A stretch of DNA of 61,502 nt, taken from IMG/VR virus record IMGVR_UViG_3300014954_000001. One strand, written 5' to 3'. The translations under genes were made by a program, and so were the position numbers. The notes under the pieces were generated by a model. That model did not search any database. It was not told where the DNA came from and saw nothing but the letters and a program-made list of their open reading frames with translations. The DNA comes from a virus. Of this stretch, positions 17,028-25,534 are shown piece after piece (position 1 is the first letter of the stretch; each line of letters opens with the position of its first letter).

Positions 17028-18063
17028 ATCAAAAATTGAGTGGTGTGATCATACATGGAATCCGATTACAGGATGCCGACACAACTGTTCATATTGCTAT
17101 GCAAGAAGAATGACCGCTAGATTTGCTGGAGATGTAAGACTGAATTTGATGGCGAAGAAAGATTATTCAATAGAGCCTGCGGCAGATAATTCAGACAATG
17201 TATTTGTTTTGGAAGAACCAATGCTAAACGAAACAGGAAATACATTGGTTTATCCATTTGGATTTGAACCTACATATCACAAGTACCGCATGGATTATCC
17301 AGAAAAGCTCAAAATGGGAAATAACATTTTTGTCGGGGCAATGGCTGACATATTTGGGAAATGGGTTCCGGACGAATGGATCAGAGATGTAATGGAAACC
17401 TGTTTGGATAACCCAATTCACAATTACCTGTTTCTTACAAAGAATCCGGAGAGATATACGGAAGTTGGAGTGCCGGCGGGACTGGAAAATATGTGGTACG
17501 GAACAACCATTACCTGCGATGCGGATGCTGATAGATTTAATTATCTTCCTGCTGGATGCAATACGTTTGTCAGCATTGAACCACTAATGGAGGACATTGT
17601 TTCTAAGCATAATGTGATGTTTCGACAGGTTGATTGGATAATCATCGGAGCAGAGACGGGACGTAACAAAAATAAAATAGTGCCAGAACTGCAATGGATA
17701 AAAGACATCGTTGTAAAAGCTGATTATAATTCAGTGCCAGTTTTCATGAAAGACAGTCTGATTCCGATTGTCGGGGAAGAAAATATGCGCCGAGAATTTC
17801 CGAAGCAGCTGCAACATTCGGAGATTAGCCCGAAGCTGAAAGCAAAGTTGTTTGATGGCTGTGCATCATGCAAGGCTCATTTGAGAAAAAGCGAAATGAT
17901 AACCCTGCTGGCAAGGTCAAAAAGAGGCGAACAGCCCAAACAATTCGGGTTTATGTGCAGGGATTGCTTCAAGGAGTTTTGCAAAGGCCTTGGATTAGAT
18001 ATACCGGAGCTTATTGGATTGGCAGAGAGCGTAACGATAGGTCCAGGTGATGAAGATGAGTAA
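16999..18063 (+). CDS. Phage Gp37/Gp68 (DUF5131) family protein with CX3CX2C motif
   Basis: KIEWCDHTWNPITGCRHNCSYCYARRM. Start is ATG 16999 or GTG 17020 (after aggagg). Cys-rich C-terminal extension. Confidence 0.75.
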   Translation: MSERRNTVNKSKIEWCDHTWNPITGCRHNCSYCYARRMTARFAGDVRLNLMAKKDYSIEPAADNSDNVFVLEEPMLNETGNTLVYPFGFEPTYHKYRMDYPEKLKMGNNIFVGAMADIFGKWVPDEWIRDVMETCLDNPIHNYLFLTKNPERYTEVGVPAGLENMWYGTTITCDADADRFNYLPAGCNTFVSIEPLMEDIVSKHNVMFRQVDWIIIGAETGRNKNKIVPELQWIKDIVVKADYNSVPVFMKDSLIPIVGEENMRREFPKQLQHSEISPKLKAKLFDGCASCKAHLRKSEMITLLARSKRGEQPKQFGFMCRDCFKEFCKGLGLDIPELIGLAESVTIGPGDEDE

Positions 18064-18439
18064 ATGGAACGCAAACAGAGAGGGCTATGCTGACAATACC
18101 GCCAGCATAGCGATCCAGAGAGTATCGAAAGAAGAAAGGAAGAACGATATGGCAAAGAGAAGCTGCAGACGAACAACTGACGAGAATGCTATTCACAATA
18201 AGGCTGTAAAGATAAGAAAAATGACAGATGAGCAGCTGGTACATTACGTTGAGGACAGAGTGGAAAAGGCGAGAAGTGAAGGTTTTAATTGTGGAAAAAC
18301 ACAGGCACCCAAACATAAAACTGTGGATATTACAGGAATTATCGAGGAAATTAGCTCTGTGAAAGGAATTGGAGCAACTAAATTGGCTGATATAAAAGCT
18401 ATTCTTGAAAAACATCTGGAGGTGAGAGCTGATGCCTGA
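18047..18439 (+). CDS. Hypothetical protein with C-terminal helix-hairpin-helix-like motif
   Basis: 130 aa with VKGIGATKLADIKAILE. Confidence 0.55.
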   Translation: MMKMSKWNANREGYADNTASIAIQRVSKEERKNDMAKRSCRRTTDENAIHNKAVKIRKMTDEQLVHYVEDRVEKARSEGFNCGKTQAPKHKTVDITGIIEEISSVKGIGATKLADIKAILEKHLEVRADA

Positions 18440-18992
18440 TCCTCGAAGACAGCTTGTTGGCAGGAGAAGCAAAGTATCCGGAGAGACGTTCGAGAGGTGG
18501 ATTTCAAATGCGTGCGAATTCTATCTGCGAAACGGATGGGCTCACATAGAAAAGACACCAGAGCCATTTCATATCACAGGCAAGGATAGGGATGGAACTG
18601 TCAAAGGATATTACGAGAAGAAAGGACAGCCTGATTACAAAGGAATCCTCTGTGATGGAACTGGGATTATGTTTGAAGCGAAGCATACTGACGGTGACAG
18701 AATCAGACAAAATGTTGTGACAGATACGCAATGGGAGAGCTTGGACATATACGAGAAGTTCGGTGCTCATTGTTATGTGATGGTATCGCTAGGACTAACA
18801 AAATTCTATAGAGTGCCATGGGCGACTTGGAAGAAAATGAAAGAATTGTTTTGCCACAAATTTATGACAGAACAGGAACTGGAGCCTTATAGGTTGAAGG
18901 AAAAACAATGCACGATTCTTATTTTGGAAGGAGTGGAATTGAAAGATGAAAATACAGAAGACAGAGCTTGCGGCAAAGCTCAATCAGATTAA
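18432..18992 (+). CDS. recU: RecU-like Holliday junction resolvase
   Basis: GETFERWISNACEFY...HIEKTPEP...PDYKGIL..GIMFEAKHT pattern. Confidence 0.7.
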   Translation: MPDPRRQLVGRRSKVSGETFERWISNACEFYLRNGWAHIEKTPEPFHITGKDRDGTVKGYYEKKGQPDYKGILCDGTGIMFEAKHTDGDRIRQNVVTDTQWESLDIYEKFGAHCYVMVSLGLTKFYRVPWATWKKMKELFCHKFMTEQELEPYRLKEKQCTILILEGVELKDENTEDRACGKAQSD

Positions 18993-19995
18993 GGGAGTTG
19001 TTCCCAAAAAGACGACAATGCCTATCTTACAGGGCATTTTGGTAAAGGAAGGGTATTTAATCGCCAATAACTTAGAAATGACCATTAAGGCGAAGTTAGA
19101 GGGCACAGAGGATGAATGCTTTATCATTCCGGAAAGAGCCTTTGACCTTATCAATAATTTGCCGGATGGAGAAATTGATATCACCATTTCGGGTGGAAAC
19201 ACAATGACCATCAAGGCAGACAAAATCAAAAATAAGTATCAGACAATGGATCCAGGACCATTCCCAGTATCAGATATTGAGGGCGAGGGAAGTGAGTTTA
19301 CGATTAAAGCAGGACTTTTGTTGGAATCTGTAAGGAGAGTTTCTTATGCGATTCCACAGCAGGGAGGAAATGCCACCATGTCAACCATGTGTCTGCAGGC
19401 TAAGGACGGACAGTTGAATTTCGTAGGACTTGATGGACATGTCCTTGCTTGGGACAAGATTGATTATGACGGAGAGTTTGAGCTGCTTATCCCTAAGAAT
19501 ACAATCGATAAGCTGAAAACGCTTGGATTAACCGGGGATATAAGAATCCGACGCAGTAATGCAATGGCTGTGTTTGCAACAAAGGATTTTGAAATCTGCA
19601 CAAGGCTTGTGCAGGGGGAGTATTACAAATATCAGAATATGTTCAAAGAGCTGCCACTACATACCGTTATATCCAGAAAAGAACTTCTGGATGCTATGGT
19701 ACGAGCAAAGATGTGTACTGCTGAAAAATGCCCGGTTAAATTTGAACTGTCTGGAAGCCAACTGAACCTGAGCATTAAGGATCAGACAACGGATTACCAT
19801 GAGACTGTTGATTTACAGGAAGATATATCGGAGGAATTAACAATAGGTTTTGATGCCAGATTGGTAATTGAAACACTAAAAGCATTTGATTGTGACAATG
19901 TAGGAATTTCTCTGCAGGGTCCTAAAATGCCAATGATTGTAGAAGCGGAGGATAGCGATTTCAAGACAATCGTTCTCCCTGTGGCTATAAAGTAA
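18946..19995 (+). CDS. dnaN: DNA polymerase III beta sliding clamp homologue
   Basis: 349 aa. N-terminal LAAKLNQIKGVVPKKTTMPILQGILVKEGYLIANNLEMTIKAKL resembles the DnaN N-terminus. Three-domain length. Confidence 0.75.
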   Translation: MKIQKTELAAKLNQIKGVVPKKTTMPILQGILVKEGYLIANNLEMTIKAKLEGTEDECFIIPERAFDLINNLPDGEIDITISGGNTMTIKADKIKNKYQTMDPGPFPVSDIEGEGSEFTIKAGLLLESVRRVSYAIPQQGGNATMSTMCLQAKDGQLNFVGLDGHVLAWDKIDYDGEFELLIPKNTIDKLKTLGLTGDIRIRRSNAMAVFATKDFEICTRLVQGEYYKYQNMFKELPLHTVISRKELLDAMVRAKMCTAEKCPVKFELSGSQLNLSIKDQTTDYHETVDLQEDISEELTIGFDARLVIETLKAFDCDNVGISLQGPKMPMIVEAEDSDFKTIVLPVAIK

Positions 19996-20110
19996 GCACC
20001 ATGTAACTATAAACAAAAATTCATATGCGTTATCTGATTGGTCTCGGATAAGGAATATATCACACTAATAAAAGGGGCGGCAGGTGCTTCCGCCCGGAAA
20101 GGAGAAACAA

Positions 20111-20260
20111 ATGATATTCAAAATAATACTGATAATAATTGCGTTTGTTATGCTTTGCGGAATGGTTGCTGATGAAAGCAGATATAACAAGAGAACATAT
20201 TGTATCGGATTTGTAGCTTGCATTATTGCAAGAGCAATTTTGGAAGGAGGATTATTTTAG
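20111..20260 (+). CDS. Small hydrophobic protein (49 aa, below ORF-track cutoff)
   Basis: RBS ggaaaggag, then ATG at 20111. MIFKIILIIIAFVMLCGMV... The stop overlaps the next start. Confidence 0.45.
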   Translation: MIFKIILIIIAFVMLCGMVADESRYNKRTYCIGFVACIIARAILEGGLF

Positions 20261-20499
20261 TGAGAGATTATAAGAAAGTTTGTAGATGCAGGGACTGCGG
20301 GAAGATATATGATAAGGGCATTCCATATATATGTTCAAAATGTGGGGCTGAGATTGGAAGACCTACACCAACAATTTTACAGATGATGGGAAGCGGAGAA
20401 GTTACACTTACAGAAAAATGCGAGAAGGTTGTTGCTAAAAAAGGTTTGTTTGGATGGAAGGTTAGAGAACCACAGAATCCCGAGGCTATACAGGAATGA
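20260..20499 (+). CDS. Small zinc-ribbon protein (GTG start)
   Basis: ggaaggagg, then GTG at 20260. CRCRDCGKIY...CSKCGAE. Confidence 0.55.
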   Translation: MRDYKKVCRCRDCGKIYDKGIPYICSKCGAEIGRPTPTILQMMGSGEVTLTEKCEKVVAKKGLFGWKVREPQNPEAIQE

Positions 20500-20663
20500 C
20501 ACCAAAGGAGATGTGCAACAGCTGCACCCATGAAAATTACTGCATGGGTGCATATCACGAGGACCATTGGTGCGGCAATCACACCAGAAAGGATCGAAAA
20601 TATGAAATGTCCAAGATGCGGAAAAGAGGTAAACAAACTGTTGGCTCTGTCGAGAGCAGATAA
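20496..20663 (+). CDS. Small Cys/His-rich protein (55 aa, not in ORF track)
   Basis: ATGA overlap with the upstream stop. MTPKEMCNSCTHENYCMGAYHEDHWCGNH. Overlaps the next ORF by 62 nt. Confidence 0.4.
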   Translation: MTPKEMCNSCTHENYCMGAYHEDHWCGNHTRKDRKYEMSKMRKRGKQTVGSVESR

Positions 20664-20859
20664 CAGGACAATGATATGTGATGAGTGTGGAACAAAGGAA
20701 GCTTTAGATGCCGCTGGATTAACGGAAGGAAGTTCTATAAGAAATTCCATACTTGCATGCGTTGGCAGAGGCTCTACACCACAGGAAAGAACCGAAGCAA
20801 AGGTTCAGGCTACTGGAAACAAGTGGGCTATGGAGAATTTCAATGCCACGCATAACTAA
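20602..20859 (+). CDS. Small zinc-ribbon protein
   Basis: MKCPRCGKEV...MICDECGTKEA. Confidence 0.55.
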   Translation: MKCPRCGKEVNKLLALSRADNRTMICDECGTKEALDAAGLTEGSSIRNSILACVGRGSTPQERTEAKVQATGNKWAMENFNATHN

Positions 20860-20880
20860 AAATTTACGGAGGTAGAAAAG

Positions 20881-21066
20881 ATGGTCCGAAAAGGAGATAA
20901 AGTCATTATGAATGGCAAATATTATGTGTCAGAGAAAAATAAAGACAAGGAATTTATTGTAACAACCGAACCAGCAGAGGTATGTGGGACATTATCCGTC
21001 TGGCTTGAAGGATTTAGAGGTTGTTATGCGGTTGATGGATTAACGAAAGTTGGTTCATTGAACTGA
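20881..21066 (+). CDS. Hypothetical small protein
   Basis: 61 aa. RBS ggaggtag upstream. Confidence 0.55.
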   Translation: MVRKGDKVIMNGKYYVSEKNKDKEFIVTTEPAEVCGTLSVWLEGFRGCYAVDGLTKVGSLN

Positions 21067-21101
21067 GATATTAGAATTTATTACAAGTAAACTGAAATGA
21101 G

Positions 21102-21470
21102 GTGACAGTGTTGGAGGTAAAGAGAAAAGCATTACCTAAGAGTGTAAGGATTGCAGTATACCAAAAATGCAACGGTCATTGTGCATACTGTGGGTGTGAT
21201 TTGCAATATAAGGATATGCAAGTAGATCATGTGATTCCGCTGAATGGATGGAATGAGCAAGGAACAGACACAGTGGATAATATGCTTCCTGCCTGCCGGA
21301 GCTGCAATCATTATAAGAGTCGGTCCACACTTGAAGGATTCAGAAAGATGGTAGAAGCCATGCCGGACACTCTGATGCGTGACAACGTTACATACAAAAA
21401 TGCAGTAAGGTTCGGACTGGTAATTCCGAACAAGAAGCCTGTTGTTTTCTATTTTGAGAAAATTAACTAA
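21102..21470 (+). CDS. HNH endonuclease
   Basis: CAYCGCDL...VDHVIPL...NMLPACRSCNHYK. Confidence 0.85.
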   Translation: MTVLEVKRKALPKSVRIAVYQKCNGHCAYCGCDLQYKDMQVDHVIPLNGWNEQGTDTVDNMLPACRSCNHYKSRSTLEGFRKMVEAMPDTLMRDNVTYKNAVRFGLVIPNKKPVVFYFEKIN

Positions 21471-21492
21471 ACTGAAATTTAGGAGGCATATT

Positions 21493-21705
21493 ATGACAAA
21501 AGAACAGATTCACGAAGCACTGTGCAAAGCTCCAGATGAAGATAAAATGAGGCTGGCTATAGCTTGTCAGTTGAATGGTATTGACGTTCGGGATATAGAG
21601 ACAGGGTTGGCAAATGTGCTTACAGGTGTACAAAAAGCTATAAAACCAGCAATTGAATATTACAGATATTTAGGAGGAATCATTGATGAAAAGAGTGGAT
21701 TGTGA
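21493..21705 (+). CDS. Hypothetical small protein
   Basis: aggaggcatatt, then ATG at 21493. Confidence 0.55.
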   Translation: MTKEQIHEALCKAPDEDKMRLAIACQLNGIDVRDIETGLANVLTGVQKAIKPAIEYYRYLGGIIDEKSGL

Positions 21706-22156
21706 AAAATGTGTTCATTCAGAATTTATAGATGCAGATAAATTAAGATGCAGATTAAAAAAATGCCAGCCAGAGTATGAAGACATGAGAGAAGCAAGGG
21801 AAGCCTTGGTGGAAGCATTTCCTGGTAGTTTTATAAATGATAATGATGAGTTTATAGCTGATGTAAAGAGTAACCAATATTTCATATTGAGAGGTTGTGA
21901 GTATCCCGAGGATATAGACTATAAAGTTTTAGAGTGGCTTTCAAGATCGGCATGTAAAGGTCAGCCGTATAGTCAGGAATGGAGGAATCGTAAATACAGA
22001 AAACGTATGTTAGACGGAATAAACGATTATATGGATACCAATTTTACAGAAGATGAAATGATGGAAATATATACATATATTGGAAATGCTTGTAATCATC
22101 AGCGTACAATCAAATTTGTGGAAAGCGGATATGATCTAAAGGTTCTGAAAGAATGA
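21683..22156 (+). CDS. Hypothetical protein
   Basis: 157 aa, co-directional, overlapping starts and stops. Confidence 0.55.
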   Translation: MMKRVDCEKCVHSEFIDADKLRCRLKKCQPEYEDMREAREALVEAFPGSFINDNDEFIADVKSNQYFILRGCEYPEDIDYKVLEWLSRSACKGQPYSQEWRNRKYRKRMLDGINDYMDTNFTEDEMMEIYTYIGNACNHQRTIKFVESGYDLKVLKE

Positions 22157-22467
22157 AAGGACAACTGACATTTGATGAATTTATGTATATAACAGAGGAA
22201 AAGCCACCGGAACATAAGCAAGAGAGAGTTCCGATGGTGGATCCATGTTACTACTGTTTATGCAGGTCGTGTATCAATAATGCAGAGAGCCTTACTGTCA
22301 ATCCGGAAGAAGTGCCATACGACTGGCACCCGTGTTTCTTTTGCGATATATGCAATAATTTTGATGGAGAAAGTCCCGAAAATATGGAAAGAGAGGAATG
22401 CCATGAATATGTGATAGATGATTATCATGCAAGGCAGAATAGGAAAAAATTTAGAATTGTGAGGTAA
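22153..22467 (+). CDS. Hypothetical Cys-rich protein
   Basis: 104 aa with CYYCLCRSC...CFFCDIC. Confidence 0.55.
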   Translation: MKGQLTFDEFMYITEEKPPEHKQERVPMVDPCYYCLCRSCINNAESLTVNPEEVPYDWHPCFFCDICNNFDGESPENMEREECHEYVIDDYHARQNRKKFRIVR

Positions 22468-22472
22468 AGATT

Positions 22473-22727
22473 ATGAGTATAGAACTTAAAACGTGTCCGT
22501 TTTGTGGCGGGAGGGCAGTAATGAAGGCTGTCAATAAGAAATACGGGTTCACTATTTGGTGTCAGTGTAGAAAATGTGGTGCGAGAACCGAGGGATATTG
22601 TCCTGATATGAACCATGAAGATAATACTATTACCAGTATTGAAGAGTGCAAAGATAGGGCTGCAAAGGTATGGAATAACAGAGCGGAAAGTGCAAATGAA
22701 ACTGCGGAAGGTGGGGAAGCCTCTTGA
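22473..22727 (+). CDS. lar: Lar-family restriction alleviation protein
   Basis: LKTCPFCGGRAV...IWCQCRKCGART...ECKDRAAKVWNNRA. Confidence 0.7.
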   Translation: MSIELKTCPFCGGRAVMKAVNKKYGFTIWCQCRKCGARTEGYCPDMNHEDNTITSIEECKDRAAKVWNNRAESANETAEGGEAS

Positions 22728-22861
22728 TGGAAAAACATGAGAAAGAAAATGTGTGCATTGACTGCAAACATTATGAAGCCTGTGGAAAACCAGAACGATT
22801 TATGAGGTGCTTGGGATATGAGAAAGCAGTAAATGCAGAAAGGAAAGACAATGATAGATGA
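22727..22861 (+). CDS. Small Cys-rich protein (44 aa, not in ORF track)
   Basis: ATGA overlap with the lar stop. VCIDCKHYEACG. Confidence 0.4.
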   Translation: MEKHEKENVCIDCKHYEACGKPERFMRCLGYEKAVNAERKDNDR

Positions 22862-23150
22862 ACTTATGGAAAAGTTGCTGGAAGAGCCAGTAGTAGATAA
22901 TAATGAAATAGTGTTTACGAGCAGAGCTGTAGAACTGATACATGAAATTTCAGAGAAGTGTAAAGGTATTCAGATAGTAGAGCAAACGAGGGAACAGGCA
23001 GAGGAATATGCTAAGGATTTGTCTGCAGAGGAAGTGTACTATGATATGCTTCGTAAAATTGTGGATGCTCCAACTACTTTACACATGAAATGCTCAGTAA
23101 GGATGCTTGTACCCATTATTGACCGAAAGCTGAAAGAGAGGGGACTGTGA
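22851..23150 (+). CDS. Hypothetical protein
   Basis: MIDELMEKLLEE...; in-frame start preferred over 22833. Confidence 0.5.
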   Translation: MIDELMEKLLEEPVVDNNEIVFTSRAVELIHEISEKCKGIQIVEQTREQAEEYAKDLSAEEVYYDMLRKIVDAPTTLHMKCSVRMLVPIIDRKLKERGL

Positions 23151-24055
23151 TGGGATTAGGAAACTACGAACAGAACTTAATAAAGTCAATTGCCGAGAAT
23201 GATATAAGGGAAGCCAGAAAGTGGGCGGTGGCTGCATTGAATGCGGACACTACTCAAAAAAACAAAGGCTTTGTGACCAGATATAAGAACATCCTCACAT
23301 CGGAGGGAGCAGGAATGATAGAACTTCCGGGAAACCTAAAAGATATTCTTGTTTGCGAAGATGTTTCCTTGTCGTTCAAAGAGAATCGCTACTATGTGAC
23401 AGAACGACAGGAAAACATTGCAAAAAATATTTTCAGACTGGCTAAGGTCAGCGGAAAACTTATGGAACTGATGATACCATACAAAAATGCAACTCTACTC
23501 TATGGACCGCCTGGGACAGGTAAAACAATGTTTGGAAAGTACATAGCGTACAAAATGGGATTGCCTTTTTGCTATTTGAATTTTTCAAAGGTTGTGGATA
23601 GTTACATGGGGGTTACTTCTCGGAACATTGCACAGGCATTTACCTATGCCTCTACAAATCCTTGCGTTTTTATGTTGGACGAGGTTGATACTATAAGTTG
23701 CAATAGAGAAAGAACTTCAAGTGGAGCAGACCGGGAAATTGGTAGAGTTACAGTTACTTTAATGCAGGAATTTGACAAACTTGCAAATGATGTTGTGGTT
23801 ATTGCGGCTACAAATAGATTAGATATTTTAGATAAAGCATTTGTGAGTAGATGTTCCCAAAAGTATGAAATGCCGCCGTTTACAGTGGAAGAGAGCAAAC
23901 AGATGGTCAATAAATTTTTAAATGATATTGAGATATCGATTCCAGATATTGAGATTGATCAGGTTGTTCAAAAAAATAGTGACCAACGAACAATTATGGC
24001 AGATGTTATTCGGCTTATTGCAGACAGGCTGGAGGTGGAGGATGAAAATAGTTAG
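23147..24055 (+). CDS. AAA+ ATPase (classic AAA clade)
   Basis: Walker A LLYGPPGTGKT, Walker B VFMLDEVD, sensor/arginine-finger region VVVIAATNRLDILDKAFVSR. Confidence 0.85.
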   Translation: MMGLGNYEQNLIKSIAENDIREARKWAVAALNADTTQKNKGFVTRYKNILTSEGAGMIELPGNLKDILVCEDVSLSFKENRYYVTERQENIAKNIFRLAKVSGKLMELMIPYKNATLLYGPPGTGKTMFGKYIAYKMGLPFCYLNFSKVVDSYMGVTSRNIAQAFTYASTNPCVFMLDEVDTISCNRERTSSGADREIGRVTVTLMQEFDKLANDVVVIAATNRLDILDKAFVSRCSQKYEMPPFTVEESKQMVNKFLNDIEISIPDIEIDQVVQKNSDQRTIMADVIRLIADRLEVEDENS

Positions 24056-24461
24056 TATTTCAGACTATGCAATACATCATCGAATAGGCAGGAGTGAGCC
24101 AACAGGAACTACATACACCACACGATTTGGAAATACTAGACAGAAAAATGTGTTTAAGGAATTCTACCAGACCAACATAGGAGAATTTACTCCGGAGAAG
24201 TGGTTGGAAGTTACTTTGCAGATAATACAGACACTTATGGAAAATGAACTTCTGGAGGAAATAAAGGAACATGTCGCAGGCCATTGTGTGTGGCTTAAAA
24301 ATGATAAGGAGATTGAGGAATACTCGGCATCCTGTTTAGCTTCTGGGGCATATATGTACTGGGAAGATTTTAAGGACAAGAGACTACCGGCACATAAGGT
24401 ATTTATCTTTGAGGGAGGTGATTTCAGATGGCAGTCTGTATGGAATGCGGAAGAAAATTGA
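24042..24461 (+). CDS. Hypothetical protein
   Basis: ggaggtggagg, then ATG at 24042. 139 aa. Confidence 0.5.
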   Translation: MKIVSISDYAIHHRIGRSEPTGTTYTTRFGNTRQKNVFKEFYQTNIGEFTPEKWLEVTLQIIQTLMENELLEEIKEHVAGHCVWLKNDKEIEEYSASCLASGAYMYWEDFKDKRLPAHKVFIFEGGDFRWQSVWNAEEN

Positions 24462-24640
24462 GAAGCCAACAAAGCAAGGAAGTGGGATACGGACCGGTAT
24501 GTTATAAGAGAGCGTTCGGTACCAGTATGCGGATCCGTGATGGAGATTCAAAAACAGGTACTGCTTCAGACGATTTCCCATATTATGAAATACCAGGGCA
24601 AATGTCGATTGAGGATTTTATAAAAGCAGATGAAAAGTAA
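24428..24640 (+). CDS. Small DUF6011-like protein
   Basis: CMECGRKLRSQQSKEVGYGPVCYKR. Confidence 0.5.
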   Translation: MAVCMECGRKLRSQQSKEVGYGPVCYKRAFGTSMRIRDGDSKTGTASDDFPYYEIPGQMSIEDFIKADEK

Positions 24641-24732
24641 AAGGAGAGTGCTTTCGCAACCCTCCCAACAGACAGTTAGATTATATCATAATTCGTTATG
24701 AATTTGAAATAAAAAAGAAGGAGGGCGACAGC

Positions 24733-25332
24733 ATGGACAGCCAGTCAACAGAAGAAAGAGCAGAAAAGGTTATAATAGCTCTTACACCAGAACAATTGAA
24801 GGATATTTGTGCAAATGCAGCTGAAATTGGAGCAAAGGAAGCATTAAAAACCTATGAGCAGGAAAGAAAAAAGGAGCAGGGAAAACGGGCAGACAGAAGA
24901 TTGAGGAATACAAAGCTGCTCCTGCGTAATTATCACATGCTCAAAGAACATGCGGAAAACTCAGTTTTCGGGCGAACACAGATGGAGGAATCGGCTTTGG
25001 ATATCTTGGAATCAATGATGAATCTTTATGACAATGAGGTGATCATTGAAAGCATCAAGAGAAGTGCAACCAGAACGGCTATTATCGTTTCACATATCGA
25101 GACAATGTTTGGCTTGTATGATGCCTATTGTGAAAAATCTCCGAACCAGGATATAGACCGCAGGAGATACGATGTGGTTTGGGATAAGTACATGGCAGAA
25201 CCGGTTCTTACTGTAAAAGAGATTGCGGCAAAGCACAATATGTCAAAGGAAAATGTGTATTCCGATTTGAGAGTTGCGGAGGAAAGATTGACCGCTCTTA
25301 TATTCGGGGTGGACGGATTGAAAGTACGATAA
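24733..25332 (+). CDS. ArpU/RinA-like late transcriptional regulator (sigma-70 region-4-like HTH)
   Basis: RRLRNTKLLLRNYHMLKEH...LTVKEIAAKHNMSKENVYSDLRVAEERL. Last gene before the late region. Confidence 0.55.
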   Translation: MDSQSTEERAEKVIIALTPEQLKDICANAAEIGAKEALKTYEQERKKEQGKRADRRLRNTKLLLRNYHMLKEHAENSVFGRTQMEESALDILESMMNLYDNEVIIESIKRSATRTAIIVSHIETMFGLYDAYCEKSPNQDIDRRRYDVVWDKYMAEPVLTVKEIAAKHNMSKENVYSDLRVAEERLTALIFGVDGLKVR

Positions 25333-25357
25333 AGCCACCGTCTACAAAATAATTACA

Positions 25358-25386
25358 TTGACATCACAGCTTATAAATGGCAAAAT
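25358..25386 (+). promoter_or_regulatory. Candidate promoter TTGACA-17-CAAAAT
   Basis: -35 at 25358-25363, 17-nt spacer, -10-like at 25381-25386. Confidence 0.35.
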
Positions 25387-25418
25387 CGTATTTGTAAAAT
25401 TCTAAATCGAACGTCGGG

Positions 25419-25451
25419 GAAGTCTGCAGAGTTGTTGCAGGCTTCTTTTTT
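25419..25451 (+). terminator. Rho-independent terminator
   Basis: Stem gaagtctgca / tgcaggcttc (10 bp, one G-U), 7-nt loop, tttttt. Confidence 0.7.
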
Positions 25452-25534
25452 GATGCAAACTTTCCGAGAAAGGAGAGACGATTGAACAGGAAATGCACCT
25501 GCTCCTCCAGAATAATATTGATTGGAGGAAAATA

